Positions 26,867 through 39,298 of a DNA stretch of 64,000 nt are shown here, piece after piece; position 1 is the first letter of the stretch; every line of letters starts with the position of its first letter. The position numbers and the translations under genes are program-made. The stretch comes from Toensbergia leucococca. Taxonomy: Eukaryota. The stretch lies in NCBI GenBank assembly GCA_022813965.1, contig JALDZS010000087.1, positions 1 to 64,000 on the forward strand, given 5' to 3'. The notes beneath the pieces were generated by a model. It had not been told where the DNA came from, searched no databases, and worked only from the letters and a program-made list of their open reading frames with translations.

Positions 26867-27550
26867 ATTGAATGCACAATTCCAATGAATTCGATGCGTA
26901 GACGTGTCGAAATGTATCAACAAGCAACAATATGGAGATGAAGAACAGCGCGTAGTGGTTGAGAATTTGTATAGCTACTTGAATTCCTCGAATATTCTTG
27001 CTTCTGCCTGGCTACGCCACAAGACTGCCGTGGGCCAGTGCTCTTCGATTTTCTGAAGTGACAAGCGCGGCCAGTGTTTGCCTCATATTCGCCGTGTGCA
27101 TACGATGTGCTCGTACAGCAGAGCCAGTCCTCAAGTCTTACAGCATGCGACAGACGCGCTTATGATGATCCTTGAGATTTATCATTTGACGATTCAACCC
27201 ATACTGTAGTACGGGTATGCTCTTGTCTGTTGATGAAGCGACGAGTAGAGACGTTCTTTCACCAGAGTATGTAGGACAGTAAGAGAAGGCCTGGAAAGCG
27301 AAACTCTACCTAATAGAATAGAATACCCAAGTGAAGGGTATGTCAGCCTTATGCAAGGGCAGGGGTTCGGGTCCGCGAAATTCAGAACCGCAAACTTTAC
27401 CAACTGCAAAATTTATCTGTCATCTAATGTACTGTCAAGACCTCACCAATAACTGTCAATGACTTCCTCTTCCAGTCCTCTGTTCAGGCGTGACTTCACG
27501 CTATCAAGCTGTGGTGGCCGCCGCAGTTTACACAAATACTTTCAGGAGTG

Positions 27551-28838
27551 ATGGACTATTTGCAACATGTTCTCACTTCTTTTCGACGAGCCCCATTACC
27601 ATTGATCTTACTACTTGGCGTGACAACCATTCTTGGTACTATAATTTTGGTATGTGCGAATTATTGGTCTATTGAATTAGCTTCTAACCTCTGGAAGTTC
27701 TATCTGGTACTATTCGTAATAGCCCCCATCCCACGAGATCCCATACCGTCAGAGAAGACTTTCAGGACCATAGAGACGAGCGGTAAGATCAGTGACTCTA
27801 AGCTCTTGCCCTGCTGGCAGGACGTACATGTTGCGCAGAGAGATGACCCGCCAACGAAGGGAGATGTCTCGGGTGCTCGTATTGAAGTGGAAGAAGCCGA
27901 AGTCTTCATGTCCCTCGTGGTACCAGCATTCAATGAGGAAAATCGTCTCGAAATTATGTTGACCGAGGCCGTCGATTACTTACAACAGACGTATGGGGAC
28001 TATGGGTCAGAAGGGCGTGTAAAGGGTAATTTCATGCGGACCATGGCTGGAAAGAGAGAGAAACCTAATGGCAACACAACGTCTTTGGAGCAAGCTGCGA
28101 CTCAAAATACTTCAGGCTGGGAGGTTTTGATTGTTTCGGATGGCTCGACGGATAAGACCATAGACACAGCTTTGCGATTTGCAAGGAAACTTGGAAGCAA
28201 TTTATCTCCATCCATACGAGTCATTTCACTGAAAGAAAATAGAGGGAAAGGAGGGGCGGTCATACATGGCATGCGACACGTCAGAGGCAAATACGCCGTC
28301 TTCGCCGACGCCGACGGTGCTAGCAAATTTGAAGATTTGGGAAAACTAGTTACGGCGTCTAGGAAGATCGAGGACGAGGCCGGAAGAGGTGTAGCCGTTG
28401 GTTCAAGAGCACACTTAGTAGGTAGTGATGCTGTGGTCAGGGTTGGCTTACTCTTGATTGTCTCTTTGAGCTTTGTGCTAACGAGACTGAAAGCGCTCCT
28501 TTCTTCGTAATCTCCTTATGCACTCCTTCCACTTCCTTCTCCGCCTTCTCACGCCTCCCGCTACGGCTGCCATTCAAGACACGCAATGCGGCTTCAAATT
28601 GTTCTCTCGTCCTTCACTACCCTACATCATTCCATACATGCATTCGGAGGGATGGATCTTTGACGTTGAAATGCTCATGCTTGCTGAGTCAGCCAGAATC
28701 CCAGTGGTTGAAGTACCGATTGGGTGGAAGGAGGTCAAGGGAAGCAAGCTGAATGTATTATGGGATAGCTTGGGTATGGCGTGGGGATTGGCGGTACTGA
28801 GGGCGGCGTGGGGCTTGGGAGTTTACAGACGGCAATAA
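27551..28838 (+). CDS. ALG5: Dolichyl-phosphate beta-glucosyltransferase (GT2), 3 exons
   Basis: SLVVPAFNEENRL, VSDGSTD, NRGKGGAV, FADADGAS, GSRAHL, DTQCGFKLFSR, WIFDVEML. Confidence 0.96.
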
Positions 28839-29879
28839 TCAGTTGTGCTCATGCTTTCTCTCATGGGATACGCTTCCCTGATAGAGATTGATAACTCTAG
28901 ATTCAGCTGCGGACGAAACGAAAATCACGCCTTTCAGAGGGCCTAGAGTTTTGTAATACAACCTCGAGAAATTTTTGTAGGTTACTCTAGGCAGGAACAA
29001 TAGAACAAGAAGTCCAAGAGTGTTCATGCGCAATTAACAGTAACATGCTTGAGAGTCTGACGGCGCTGTCACGCTGTCGTCGGACATAGATTTTAAAACA
29101 CCGAAAAGTCCGAACATTAGTGATGGCACCAATGGCACATGCTTCCCGCCGGCATCCGAGGACTACCTGTTAAGTACTTATGAGATCCCACCTGAACTAC
29201 TTCCTCAGTCTGCTGTCTTCTCATGCAACAGAGCTACCCAGCCGTCTTCCGTCGATGTCCCTTTGCCCGACGATGAGGGTCCCCCTGTGTGACTGAGGCT
29301 TCTCAGATACGAATATGCGGGGTCATTTTCACCAGCCTGATGCAGCTTCGATCTCCGATGACACGGGCTAAGAATCTGGCTTTCGCCTTTATCTCGCGGG
29401 GCAGACGGCTAAACCGAAAGGGGGTATCAGCAGTGTGGGGAGATGCAACAATCGGAAGCAAAGGAGCACGGAAACGTGTCTTGAAGCTGAAAAGATGAAA
29501 CTGGACTCTCGCACTCTACGTTGCAAGATCTACGTTGTGATTATGGACTGCGAACCCTGCCAGCCTGCCAAGCTAACAGATTTCGTACCAAACGAAAGAT
29601 TTGTGGCTTGACCTCAATCAATCGTCTGCGCTAACTAAAATTGAACCACTCCAGCCGCAGCGACTTTTAGCAACCCTTTGTCTCGATCTCTTAACATATG
29701 CGAGAATCGCAATCGCCGCGTTGGCCGTCCTATGCAGTGTCAACCTGCCTTCCTTTCTTTGACACACTCTCCTAATTATCCCACATGGTTATTTGATCCC
29801 CCCACCTCCCATGAAGTCCACGCACTGGTCGATGCTCCCATTCTGGACCATTCACCTTCTCTTCTCATGAGTAGCAACT

Positions 29880-30988
29880 ATGAGATACGCCGTTCGTTTT
29901 GCCATTAGTGCTGCCACCATTCTAACAGTTCTTCTTTTCTTACTCGAGCAACACCTCGAGGATATCTGGGATCAATACAATGTCCCGGCTTTTATTCATT
30001 TCTCTTTGCGCAATTCCTTTCACAATTCCACCTTAGACTACACATTTCCATCATTAAGCCAAGCCGGTGACAAAGTAATTGTCATGGCTAAAATGGAACA
30101 CGAAGACACTGACTGGGTAGAAGAAAATCTCCCCGAGTATGCATCTCACTCTCTAATCTTCAACTTCTCAATTGTGCTAACCATCCCCTCCTCAAACAGC
30201 TGGCAGCACGCAATTTACACCGTCAACCCCTCCAATCGCACTTCCCCCTACGCACTCACGACCCCCCTCAACAAAGGCCACGAATCAATGGCATACTTGA
30301 CCTACATAATTGACAACTACCACTCCCTACCTCTCACCCTCACTTTCCTCCACTCGCACCGATCCGGCTTTTTCACAGCTTGGCACACCGACACCCCCCT
30401 CCACGACAACGTCTACGCTCTTCGCGCCCTCCAAACCACCTTCGTTCAACAAAATGGTTATGTCAACCTCCGCTGCAATTGGAACCCCGGCTGCAAAATA
30501 ATCCACAGAAAGAACAAACACGTCACAAGAGAAGTCTGGCAAGAAGTCTTCGCCAACACGTCGACTTCGCCAGCAAATATGTCCTCCCACGACCCATCTC
30601 CTCCCTTCAATTATCCTGGCTACTCCTCTACTTCCTCAGCCGCAGACAACGAAGCCGCACTCAAAGCTCAATACATACCTACAGAGGTTGGCACAGCCTG
30701 CTGCGCTCAATTTGCCGTCTCGCGCGACCGCGTACTCCAGAGGCCATTGTCTGATTACAAACGATTCCGACGATGGATCATCGAAACGGATGAGAGTGAT
30801 GCCAAGAGCGGACGGGTGATGGAGTATTTATGGCATGTGATTTTCGGCATGGAGGCTGTATAGTGAGTTTCCACTTCTCGACATGTGCTTGAGAAAGATG
30901 TAGTGCAAAACACAGTGGGCTGACAGATGCGATTGCTAGTTGTCCTGTTGAGGAAGTCTGCTACTGCCAAGTCTACGGTCGCTGTTGA
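29880..30988 (+). CDS. DUF3431 family protein (type II membrane), 3 exons
   Basis: N-terminal TM, NKGHESMAYLTYIIDNY, FLHSHR, GYVNLRCNWNPGC, CCAQFAVSR, GRVMEYLWHVIFG, last exon CPVEEVCYCQVYGRC. Confidence 0.88.
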
Positions 30989-31960
30989 ATTTCTATCATA
31001 TTCCAAAAAGCTACTACACACCCTGCCTATAATACCCCAATCTTCCCAAAGCTTCCAAAAATTCAATGTAAATATTCCATGTGTCTAGTCGTTTCTTGAG
31101 GAATTTCTGTTACCTCCTGTTCGCGTATATAGGATACTTGTTACAGAAATACCATTTTCACACTTCTACATATCCCATTTTTGCACTACTCCGTGGTTTA
31201 TATCAAAATCTCTCAAAATATTTTTAAGATGGTGAGTAATGCAGTTCTTGTGATTGGTTGGCTTGCAAGCAGGTAAATAGGTATGCGATGATCGATTCGA
31301 TTGGGCTGGAAGTGGCACATACATGCGTACGCGTATTGATTGATATCAGGGATTGAACTCCTTCCCGGAATTACTGTAGGTAATACTGAGTAGTAGTCGC
31401 AGCCACGACAGTTTCGATATGCAGGGTCGGGGTCGATCGTAGCCTGCACGGGCCAATGGGGAAAGGCTTGCGAGCTACTCCATAGAACCTACCTTACCTT
31501 ATTTCCGAAATGTTGGGTCGTGGCAGATGTAGAAAGGTTGGTAGGTTCCTGGATGGATAATTCTATTAATCTTCTAGCATAGCCTATTTCCCTCTCCTTT
31601 ATCCGCCACCCATTCCGTACATTATTTTCGATCTTTCACCCTTGGCAATCGCAAGGCACAATCATGAGCCTGAGACCCGCTCTCCAGAAAATGCAGCCTC
31701 GCGTTTATTCTCTCCCTTTGCCCTTTGTTGTCATGCTTTCTACATTGGCTGACGTGACACTGGAATGGGTGTCAGCCCAGTCAGCTTCCCCCAGAACGTG
31801 GTGTGTTTGCAAGGACCAAATCCATTGTGCTACTCTGGCGCAGTCCATGTAGGGAAACATCCGTCATGTCCAGGTACTCAGCCTGGACGAGATGTTGCTC
31901 CCGGTGATCAGTGTTGGCTCCCTAACGCCTCTGCTTATGCCGCATACATACGGTCAGCTC

Positions 31961-32330
31961 TCATCGTTTCTCGGTCAATGCCCACTCCTCCACATTCTGC
32001 AACCTCACACCTCTCTCCGCACTAAAGGTTACTTCTTCATCCCAGGCCACACTCCTCCCTTCCGCACAAACAACCCGATATTTCCTCATCTCATTCTAGA
32101 GATCCCTGGCCAAATCCTCCCTAAGCCTCCAAATCTCCCACTCCTCCCTAATCACCCCCCGTCCCCAAAAGCCCTTTCCACATTCTCCGCAACACGCGCA
32201 TATCTCACTGTCTCCCCCGCCACAAAACTTCCCCCCTCGATCTCCCCCGCAGCCCACACCAGCTACGCAACTACCCTCCCAGTATTCCCAGGTAACGTAA
32301 CCGTAACCCTATCCTCTCACTCGTCCAATG
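31961..32330 (-). pseudogene. NmrA/isoflavone-reductase-like pseudogene (C-terminal part)
   Basis: Reads *EDRVTVT...GRVVA*LV...FVAGETVRYARVAE, frameshifts in a G-run to VIREEW...EDLARDL*NEMRKYRVVCAEGRSVAWDEEVTF...VEEWA; three stops and one frameshift; Rossmann N-terminus not found. Confidence 0.72.
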
Positions 32331-33786
32331 GGGATGGGTGCTTTGGGTCTTGGGAGGCATGGTTCTTTTTGTGGGAGTGGGCTGTGGCAGTGGAACGTGA
32401 ATTCTTTGATAGAGTTGGTAGAAATAAGGTAGGCTTTGGTGAGAGAGGGGAATAGATGTGGCGAAGTGGGCCTACTTTGCTAATATCATGAGTGAGATGC
32501 GTGGATTGCAAATGCTTCGGTCGACCATCTGATGGGATTCAGAACATGAGCAAAGCTGGACTCTTACAGCTGCCGTCCCCACTTTCTTTGAATCGTCCGT
32601 TTCATAAATCAGGCCTGATCTGAAACGCTCCGTGGCCCATCATATCATAGCCAGAGCAACATTGACAGCCCAAATTTCCCCCTCATCCTTCCCTACATTT
32701 CCTCCGCATACAGTATCCTCGCTTCCCTTTCCTCCTCAAACCCTCCTCTTTTTTTATACGCTTCCGCTCTTTCAGCTTTGCAATCTTGGTAGTCTGAGAC
32801 TTCTTCCTCTTGGAAACGTAGTCTCCGCTCGGGGAGAAAATGGAGGGGAGGTTGGGTATGGAGTTGGATTTGAAAGGGGTGTGCATAGTAGGGTGGATGC
32901 TGGATTTCGAGATGGCGTATCTAGGGTGGGGGAATTGATAGAGGAGTGTTAGTGGTTTGATAGAGAGGTGGAGCTTGACGCGACGGGCAGTTTTTGCAGT
33001 CTTTTTGAATGCACCCTACAATTTCATACATACACGCCCAAAACCCAACATAAATAGCCCTACAATGCTCAGCTCCCCGGGCTTAGGACTTCGATTCTGA
33101 TACATTGGGAGGCCATCGCTGCACATGTCGGTATAAAAAGAACAGACTTCTGAAACAGTGACACCGCCTCCCCAATCCTTCGGCAGCGCCACCCTGTGTG
33201 CGACATCGCATCGAGTGGGAAACATCTTCGGCCTGCGCCACAACTTGACTTTGTCTCTCATCTCTATTGCGTGAGAATTATCTCACAGTCTGAATGCTTG
33301 GTACAATCCACGCCACCGACCGGCTCCTCCAGCCCTGTCTGCCTGCCTTTCCCTCTCCTCTAGCTCCATGTCTGCTTTCACCTTCTCTGCGCAAGGCTTT
33401 CTCCATCCGCTCTCGTTCAGATAGAGTAAGCCTTTTTTTGTGGTGCCTCTTTTTAAAGTTTTGCTATCTTCAAATGCAATTATCAAAATTGGATGCACCT
33501 ACAGGACAGCCCCAGGGGCTAAGCAATCTCAGCATCTAAGATCAGTGAGAGAGAGTATTCGTTGGCTTCGGTAGGATAGGGAGGTAATGATCAAGGTGAA
33601 TGTATTGGGTGTCGAACGTGTTTCATGTGCCATGTTGCGGCTGCGGAACATTTCATCGAGGGGGGTTATCAATGTATTAAAAAAAGGGTATCACTGCATG
33701 ATGAGCCTAAGAACATAAGAGGGAGATGGCATTTTCTTTCGTGTCTCCTCTTCTTGTTTCGACCTTTTAAACTTCTGCGCTTCACT

Positions 33787-35220
33787 ATGGACGCCGCTAA
33801 GGACAGAGAGTACAGCACGTTGGAAGTTACTCCGCATGACGGAAAACAGGTCTCTGTGGCCGTCGGCACGGAACACATTGTGGATGATGGTGGAATTGAA
33901 GTGGTCGCAAAGGAAGATTCATATGCGCATGAATTCGGCTATCATCGTGTCCAAGCACATCCGCCCTCGAGGAAGAAATGGATCCTATTCGGGGGAACAG
34001 TCGGACTGGTGCTAACTCTCGCAGCTGTGCTGGGAATAGTCTTCGGATTGAGACACAAAAGGCCTGCGACAACATCATTGACCAGCCCCTCGAACTCGTC
34101 CGCTATTTCTTCTCTTGCCATATCACCTCGGCGTAACATCGCCGCAATATCCTTCGCCTCGAATAATACCCGTGTCTACTTCCAAGATGACATGGGACAG
34201 ATAATGGAGGCTGCAAACTCTGCAGATGACCCGACGTGGAACATCAAAAGGATCGGCGTAGGTGGGAAGAATGGATCTGCCATTGCGGCAGCAGTATCTC
34301 AGCCAGATTTTCCCCTAGCAAGTCACGTCTACTTCAATCTCAATCACTCTTATTGACAAATTTTAGGTCATCAGTGTTTTCTATCTCGACATCAGCAACG
34401 TTATCCACAATATCGCCTACACCGCCGCAACAGGCAGGTGGAATTCGGGGGCTCTATCAGGCCAAGGATACACCGCAATGTCAAACTCTAGCTTGGCCGC
34501 CATGCACAACCAGTGCACTCGTTGCGCCAACACCACCATCATCGCCTTCCAAGATGAGAACGGACTCGTTCAGATTGGCAATCTCACATCCACCGGCTGG
34601 ACTTTGACACAACTAGGCTCCGCACTTGACCCAGAAATGGGAACGGGACTTGCACTGCAGCCCTTCTACCGCAATGGCTCCGAGGACCAAATCAACCTCT
34701 TCCACCAGAAATCCAATCTCAACATGAGTCTCGCCAGCTGGAAACCAGCCCCGTACAACAACGGCGGTTTGTCCTACTATACGCACCCCACCCCTTACCC
34801 TGCTAACGTTTTCTTGGAAATACAGTTGCCGGCTGGTCACTGAACGAACAAACCTACCGCCCCATCCCACCCGGCTCACCCATCGCCGCCGCTGCCTCCT
34901 ATTCCAACGTCTCCACCGGCTTCGAAACGTGGATCGAAGTCCTCTCCGTCTCCGACAAAGGCGTCGAAGTCGACACTTGGTCCGGAGCGATCAATGATTG
35001 GCTGGAGCAGTATGACCATCCTTTGGCCATGGCAAATTCGACGACGGGTAATAATGGAGGGAAAGTTTATGGGAGTGTGGCTGTCACGGCCTCGGGGAGT
35101 GCGTTTGGGGTTGTGAGGCAAGAGGGGCGCGGGGATGGGATTGAGAACTGGCAGGTTGGGAATGAGATGGTGGATTGGAGCGCGGTGGGGGATGTGGATC
35201 TGGAGGGTGCTTGGAGTTGA
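33787..35220 (+). CDS. Single-pass membrane protein with extracellular fungal fucose-lectin-like beta-propeller repeats, 3 exons
   Basis: RKKW then a TM helix, followed by repeats RVYFQDDMGQIME...W, SAIAAAV, ISVFYLD, SSLAA, IIAFQDENG, INLFHQ, GSPIAAAA; GC-AG intron 34318..34366. Confidence 0.75.
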
Positions 35221-36317
35221 ATAGTCGTTTATCACATATATCTTTTTTTTTAGCGAATTTTGCATAGAGGTGGTTTTTTTTTTTACTCATTTTGTGAGCC
35301 TCCCCCATCCCCCCATCTATCCACGCCCATCTTTTTCCTTTTTATACAAACATAACAACTTATGAAGGCCCTCACCTTTTCCCTATCATCCCCTTCGCTC
35401 AGCGTACATACCACAGTCAATTAATCCCCCCTTTTTCTCCTCAATCCATTCCCCCCCCCCCTTTTCTCCCGTCATTCCTCATGATCTTTTCTCATCATCT
35501 GAACTCTTCTCAACCCATTACGCAATCCACGCACACCCATTTTCCCGAACGTTTTCTTCTTCTTTCATGCACTCAAGCCCTTGAAATACTGACGCTGGTC
35601 ATGAGTCTGATGGACTATTGCTGAGGGTAGGGGAGGGGCGGTTTTTTGTGGTGAGGGGATGGGAGGTTTGAAAAGTCAGGGCTGAGGAATGAGGGGAGTT
35701 TTTTCTTTTTTTTTTTCTTTTTTTGGGGGGGGGGGGGGGGGGGTTAGGTTGATCAGGAGGTAAAAAAGGAGCTGCGCTGGTGGCGGGATAAAGGTCCGCT
35801 GGGAAGTTGTTGGGCCTGGGTGGAGGGGGGCATGTGGATGTCGATATGTATATATCTGATTAGTAAGAGTCTTGTGTGTGTGTGTGTCTGTGTGTGTCCT
35901 GGTGATGAATAAAAATTATGAAGATTTATGACACGGGGTGACGGGTTTGAATTTACTCTACCAACATCCGCATCCTGCCAGCGATGCAAGCGCGCTATAT
36001 CAGGCAAACGTGCGCCCAAGCACCAAACAGACAGCTTTTGTTGGAAATTCTTTCTACTACGCCATGGAAACCCTTCCTCTGGGTAATACCGACGAAAACT
36101 ACCAAGCTCTCTCTCTCTCTCTCTCTCTCCCCCACCACACTCGAGCTACTGGCTTGTTCAATCCAGTCAGGGCTTGGCCGGAGACGCTTCTTGACGGCTT
36201 GTTAGGCTTTTTTTGCTCTGCAATTGGCCAACGACAGATTTGTGCGGATTTTCTACCTCCCTGTTTCTGCAAGGCTCTATAACTTCTGCCTAGCGCCTCT
36301 CAGACCTAGATGCGTAC

Positions 36318-37886
36318 CTAGCTTCTCTTCAAGTTCGCGTACGGTGCGGTTCTCGTTTTGATGATCGTTCTGACGAACTGAGCCTCACAAGACGGAAAAT
36401 CAGCCATGATATTTCCACGGGCTGCTCGCTCCAGGTCAGGTATGTCTAGTCCGCTGTTGTCGGCCCCGTAGTCCTGAAATTCAACGTTTGAATCAAAGTC
36501 ATCAGTTAAACCCGCGGATAACTCTGTGAATAATTCAGACATAGATGGCTTGTCTGACTTTGAGTCAAGCTCAGAGGCCTTACTAAGGTACTCATCTGAT
36601 AGATGATAAGATTCCGTGACTTTTTTGAACCGGCTACAGGCCCTTAAGAATTTGGGTTGATTTTCAGCCCACTCAACTGAATAAGGGGTATCTGAAGGAG
36701 CTGTGAATCTACTACGGCTAGTAGACTCGGGCCTCTTGAATTGAGATCATCCTGTAGGAGGTCTGAAGTAGTATGTGTCAACGATATATGAGACGTTAAG
36801 AACTTCCTTGAATACTCTCTTGAAGTTAGTGGCTCGGATGAAGTCAATTAGCGGGTAGGCTTGTTCTAGGTATTTTGATGAAAGGACTGATGTTACTGCG
36901 GAAGAGCCGGAAGCTGAAGCCACCAACTGAATTTAGGTAGAGGATTGAATGAACTTTTATGCTGAACGGTGGTGGCGATCTAATTGACGTACGACCTGTT
37001 TGACTTGATTTGCATTTTTCTTCAAGCTCATGTTTCAGAAGCTCTCTCTTGAAAATAGCCTTGACGTTCAAGCCTTCCTTTCTGACGGATTCATCAATAA
37101 TCAAGATACCCTTGCAGCATTGCACTGCGGCTTCATCTACTGAGGTCGCATATTCTGGATGTTCCATCATATTCAATGACAAGATTTAATATATGATTTC
37201 ATAGATCTTGATGTAGACATGTCCAATGTCCATTTCGCGGTTTTCAGTGCCGCTGAGGATGAAGTCTCTAATCCTTGAGTGAGTGATCACTTTTCAGAGG
37301 TGTGCCGGTTTGATGCCTAGGACATAGTGGGGGAACCAGTTCAGAGCTCTTACGCACTGACGGGGTCGGAGAAGTATCAGAGAGTCAGTCAGAAGGAGAG
37401 CTCCGTCATGAGGGAATAGATCCTATGGAGAAGCTGAGCAAGGCCGGGGATAAAGTGATATCAATAAAAGGATTCATGAATCTGACAATCATGTCAGAAA
37501 TATCATGACGATGAGTGAACACAAACACTACTACACCTGCCTCAACATGATTTAAGAAATAGTCGCAAGCTCCTTCAATCTCATCAAAAGTGCTGTATAT
37601 GGTGGCATTGTAGGCTGCAAGAGGATTCAAAAGTCGTCAGTGGTGGCGTTCGTGTCTTCGAGTTCGTGTGTTTGGCGGCACTGATTCGGCCTTTTACTTT
37701 TTTTCCCACCGCCTCTTGAATAAAGGCTAGTATTTCACCGCGAAGGTGATGGAGGTTGAGCTCAAGCTCAGCCCTTGTTATCTCTCGCTTTTTGTTTCCT
37801 GGGTGAGTGTCGTTGCTTGTGGGATTGGATGGGGTCTCTAATGGGTTTGATGGACTTGGCTCCTGGGGTTGCGGGGGATTCGTCAT
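36318..37886 (-). pseudogene. Decayed long ORF of unknown family (orphan gene or transposon relic)
   Basis: Five collinear minus-strand ORF fragments with protein-like composition, broken by TGA/TAA stops and frameshifts. Confidence 0.45.
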
Positions 37887-39266
37887 GGTCGTGAGATACT
37901 ACCGAATTTGAAGACCCATGTATATCGAAGTTGAAGGGCTAGTGCTGTTTGGAGTGATGAGCTCCTGGTGAATCTGCTAGGACTAGGCGCTGAGTGTGGA
38001 GTTTATGGTGAATCCAAGCCTGAGTGTATCTAAGAACTTGTTAGAGCGCTATCTCAGCTCTCACCGGGATTATTCTAGTAGCAACAAATACCTAGGAGAA
38101 TCATTGTGACTTTTGCACGCGATTTTGACTCAAATCTTCACCTCATCCTGCCTCAATCTTTCAACCTCATTACCTACCTACCTACCTACCGACTCACCTA
38201 CCTCATTACCTACCTCACCTGTCACAATCCTCACCTCCATCATCATGCCTTTTGCTCTTCCGCTGAAAAGATGACTATGGACGGAGGACGAGCTGGGGTG
38301 GCGGAGGATGAGGGAGAGCGGGGGTGAAGGGCGGTGAGATGAAGGAGAATCATGCTATTCAGTGAATGACAGGGCTGTTTAGAATACAAGCGTTCAGGAT
38401 ATAAGGTGGTGCCAAAATCACGATTGTTTTTTGGCGGCCCCCCCGGGGGTTGGAGGGGAATCAAGTCACCAAAGCGTGGGCTTTCTCCAGAGTAATCTTT
38501 GCTACTATTTCAAATGACACACAATTCATGAGATTGAGAATTGAGTGCCCTGTCTGGTGGGTGGTGAGAAATCGCGATGATTCCCTGCGTCCTAGGTACG
38601 TCCTCATTGTTACCTGAAGGTGAGGTGTCAGAATATTGGGAACCTGTTTGGTAGAATATTGAAAATGACTGGATTTGCAAAATTACAAACGTAGATAGAA
38701 TAACTTTAGTATTCTTCTAACTTTTCCTTCCCTTTTCCATCAAACTCCGCCGGTTGAAGGCGGGCTGGGGGTGTTTATATATGCCCATCTTCCAAAATAT
38801 ATAAAATAAAATGATTGTCGAAAACTAAAACACAGGACGATAAAACACCCCCCTCAAACCCCCCACCAAATCTCCCCCACCCACCAACCCCCCTTTCCGC
38901 ACCAAAAAACCCCACCCCACCCCACGACCCCGCCAACGAGGCAGGGAAAAAACGCCCCCGATCACGCATCTACGCATCCAACAGAAAACCCACCACTCTG
39001 GTCCAGAAAAAACTCAAAGCACGCACCCGCCCCCACCGCCGCCGCCGCCGTCGATCTTCTGCCTCGGATGCTGGAATGCACCCCCCCGCCCCCACAGCGC
39101 GCCCTCTCGCTAGCACCCCTGCACCCCCCTCCGGGGATTGTGAAAAATAGTGATAGTGTAGGTTGGGCATGAGGTATCCCTAACTTCCTGGTCTATGTAT
39201 TTGCTTTGTGACACCGAGATTGGGGGAGCCGGGTGTGAATGGGGTAGATACGGGTGTTTTTTTTCT

Positions 39267-39298
<32 letters not shown>

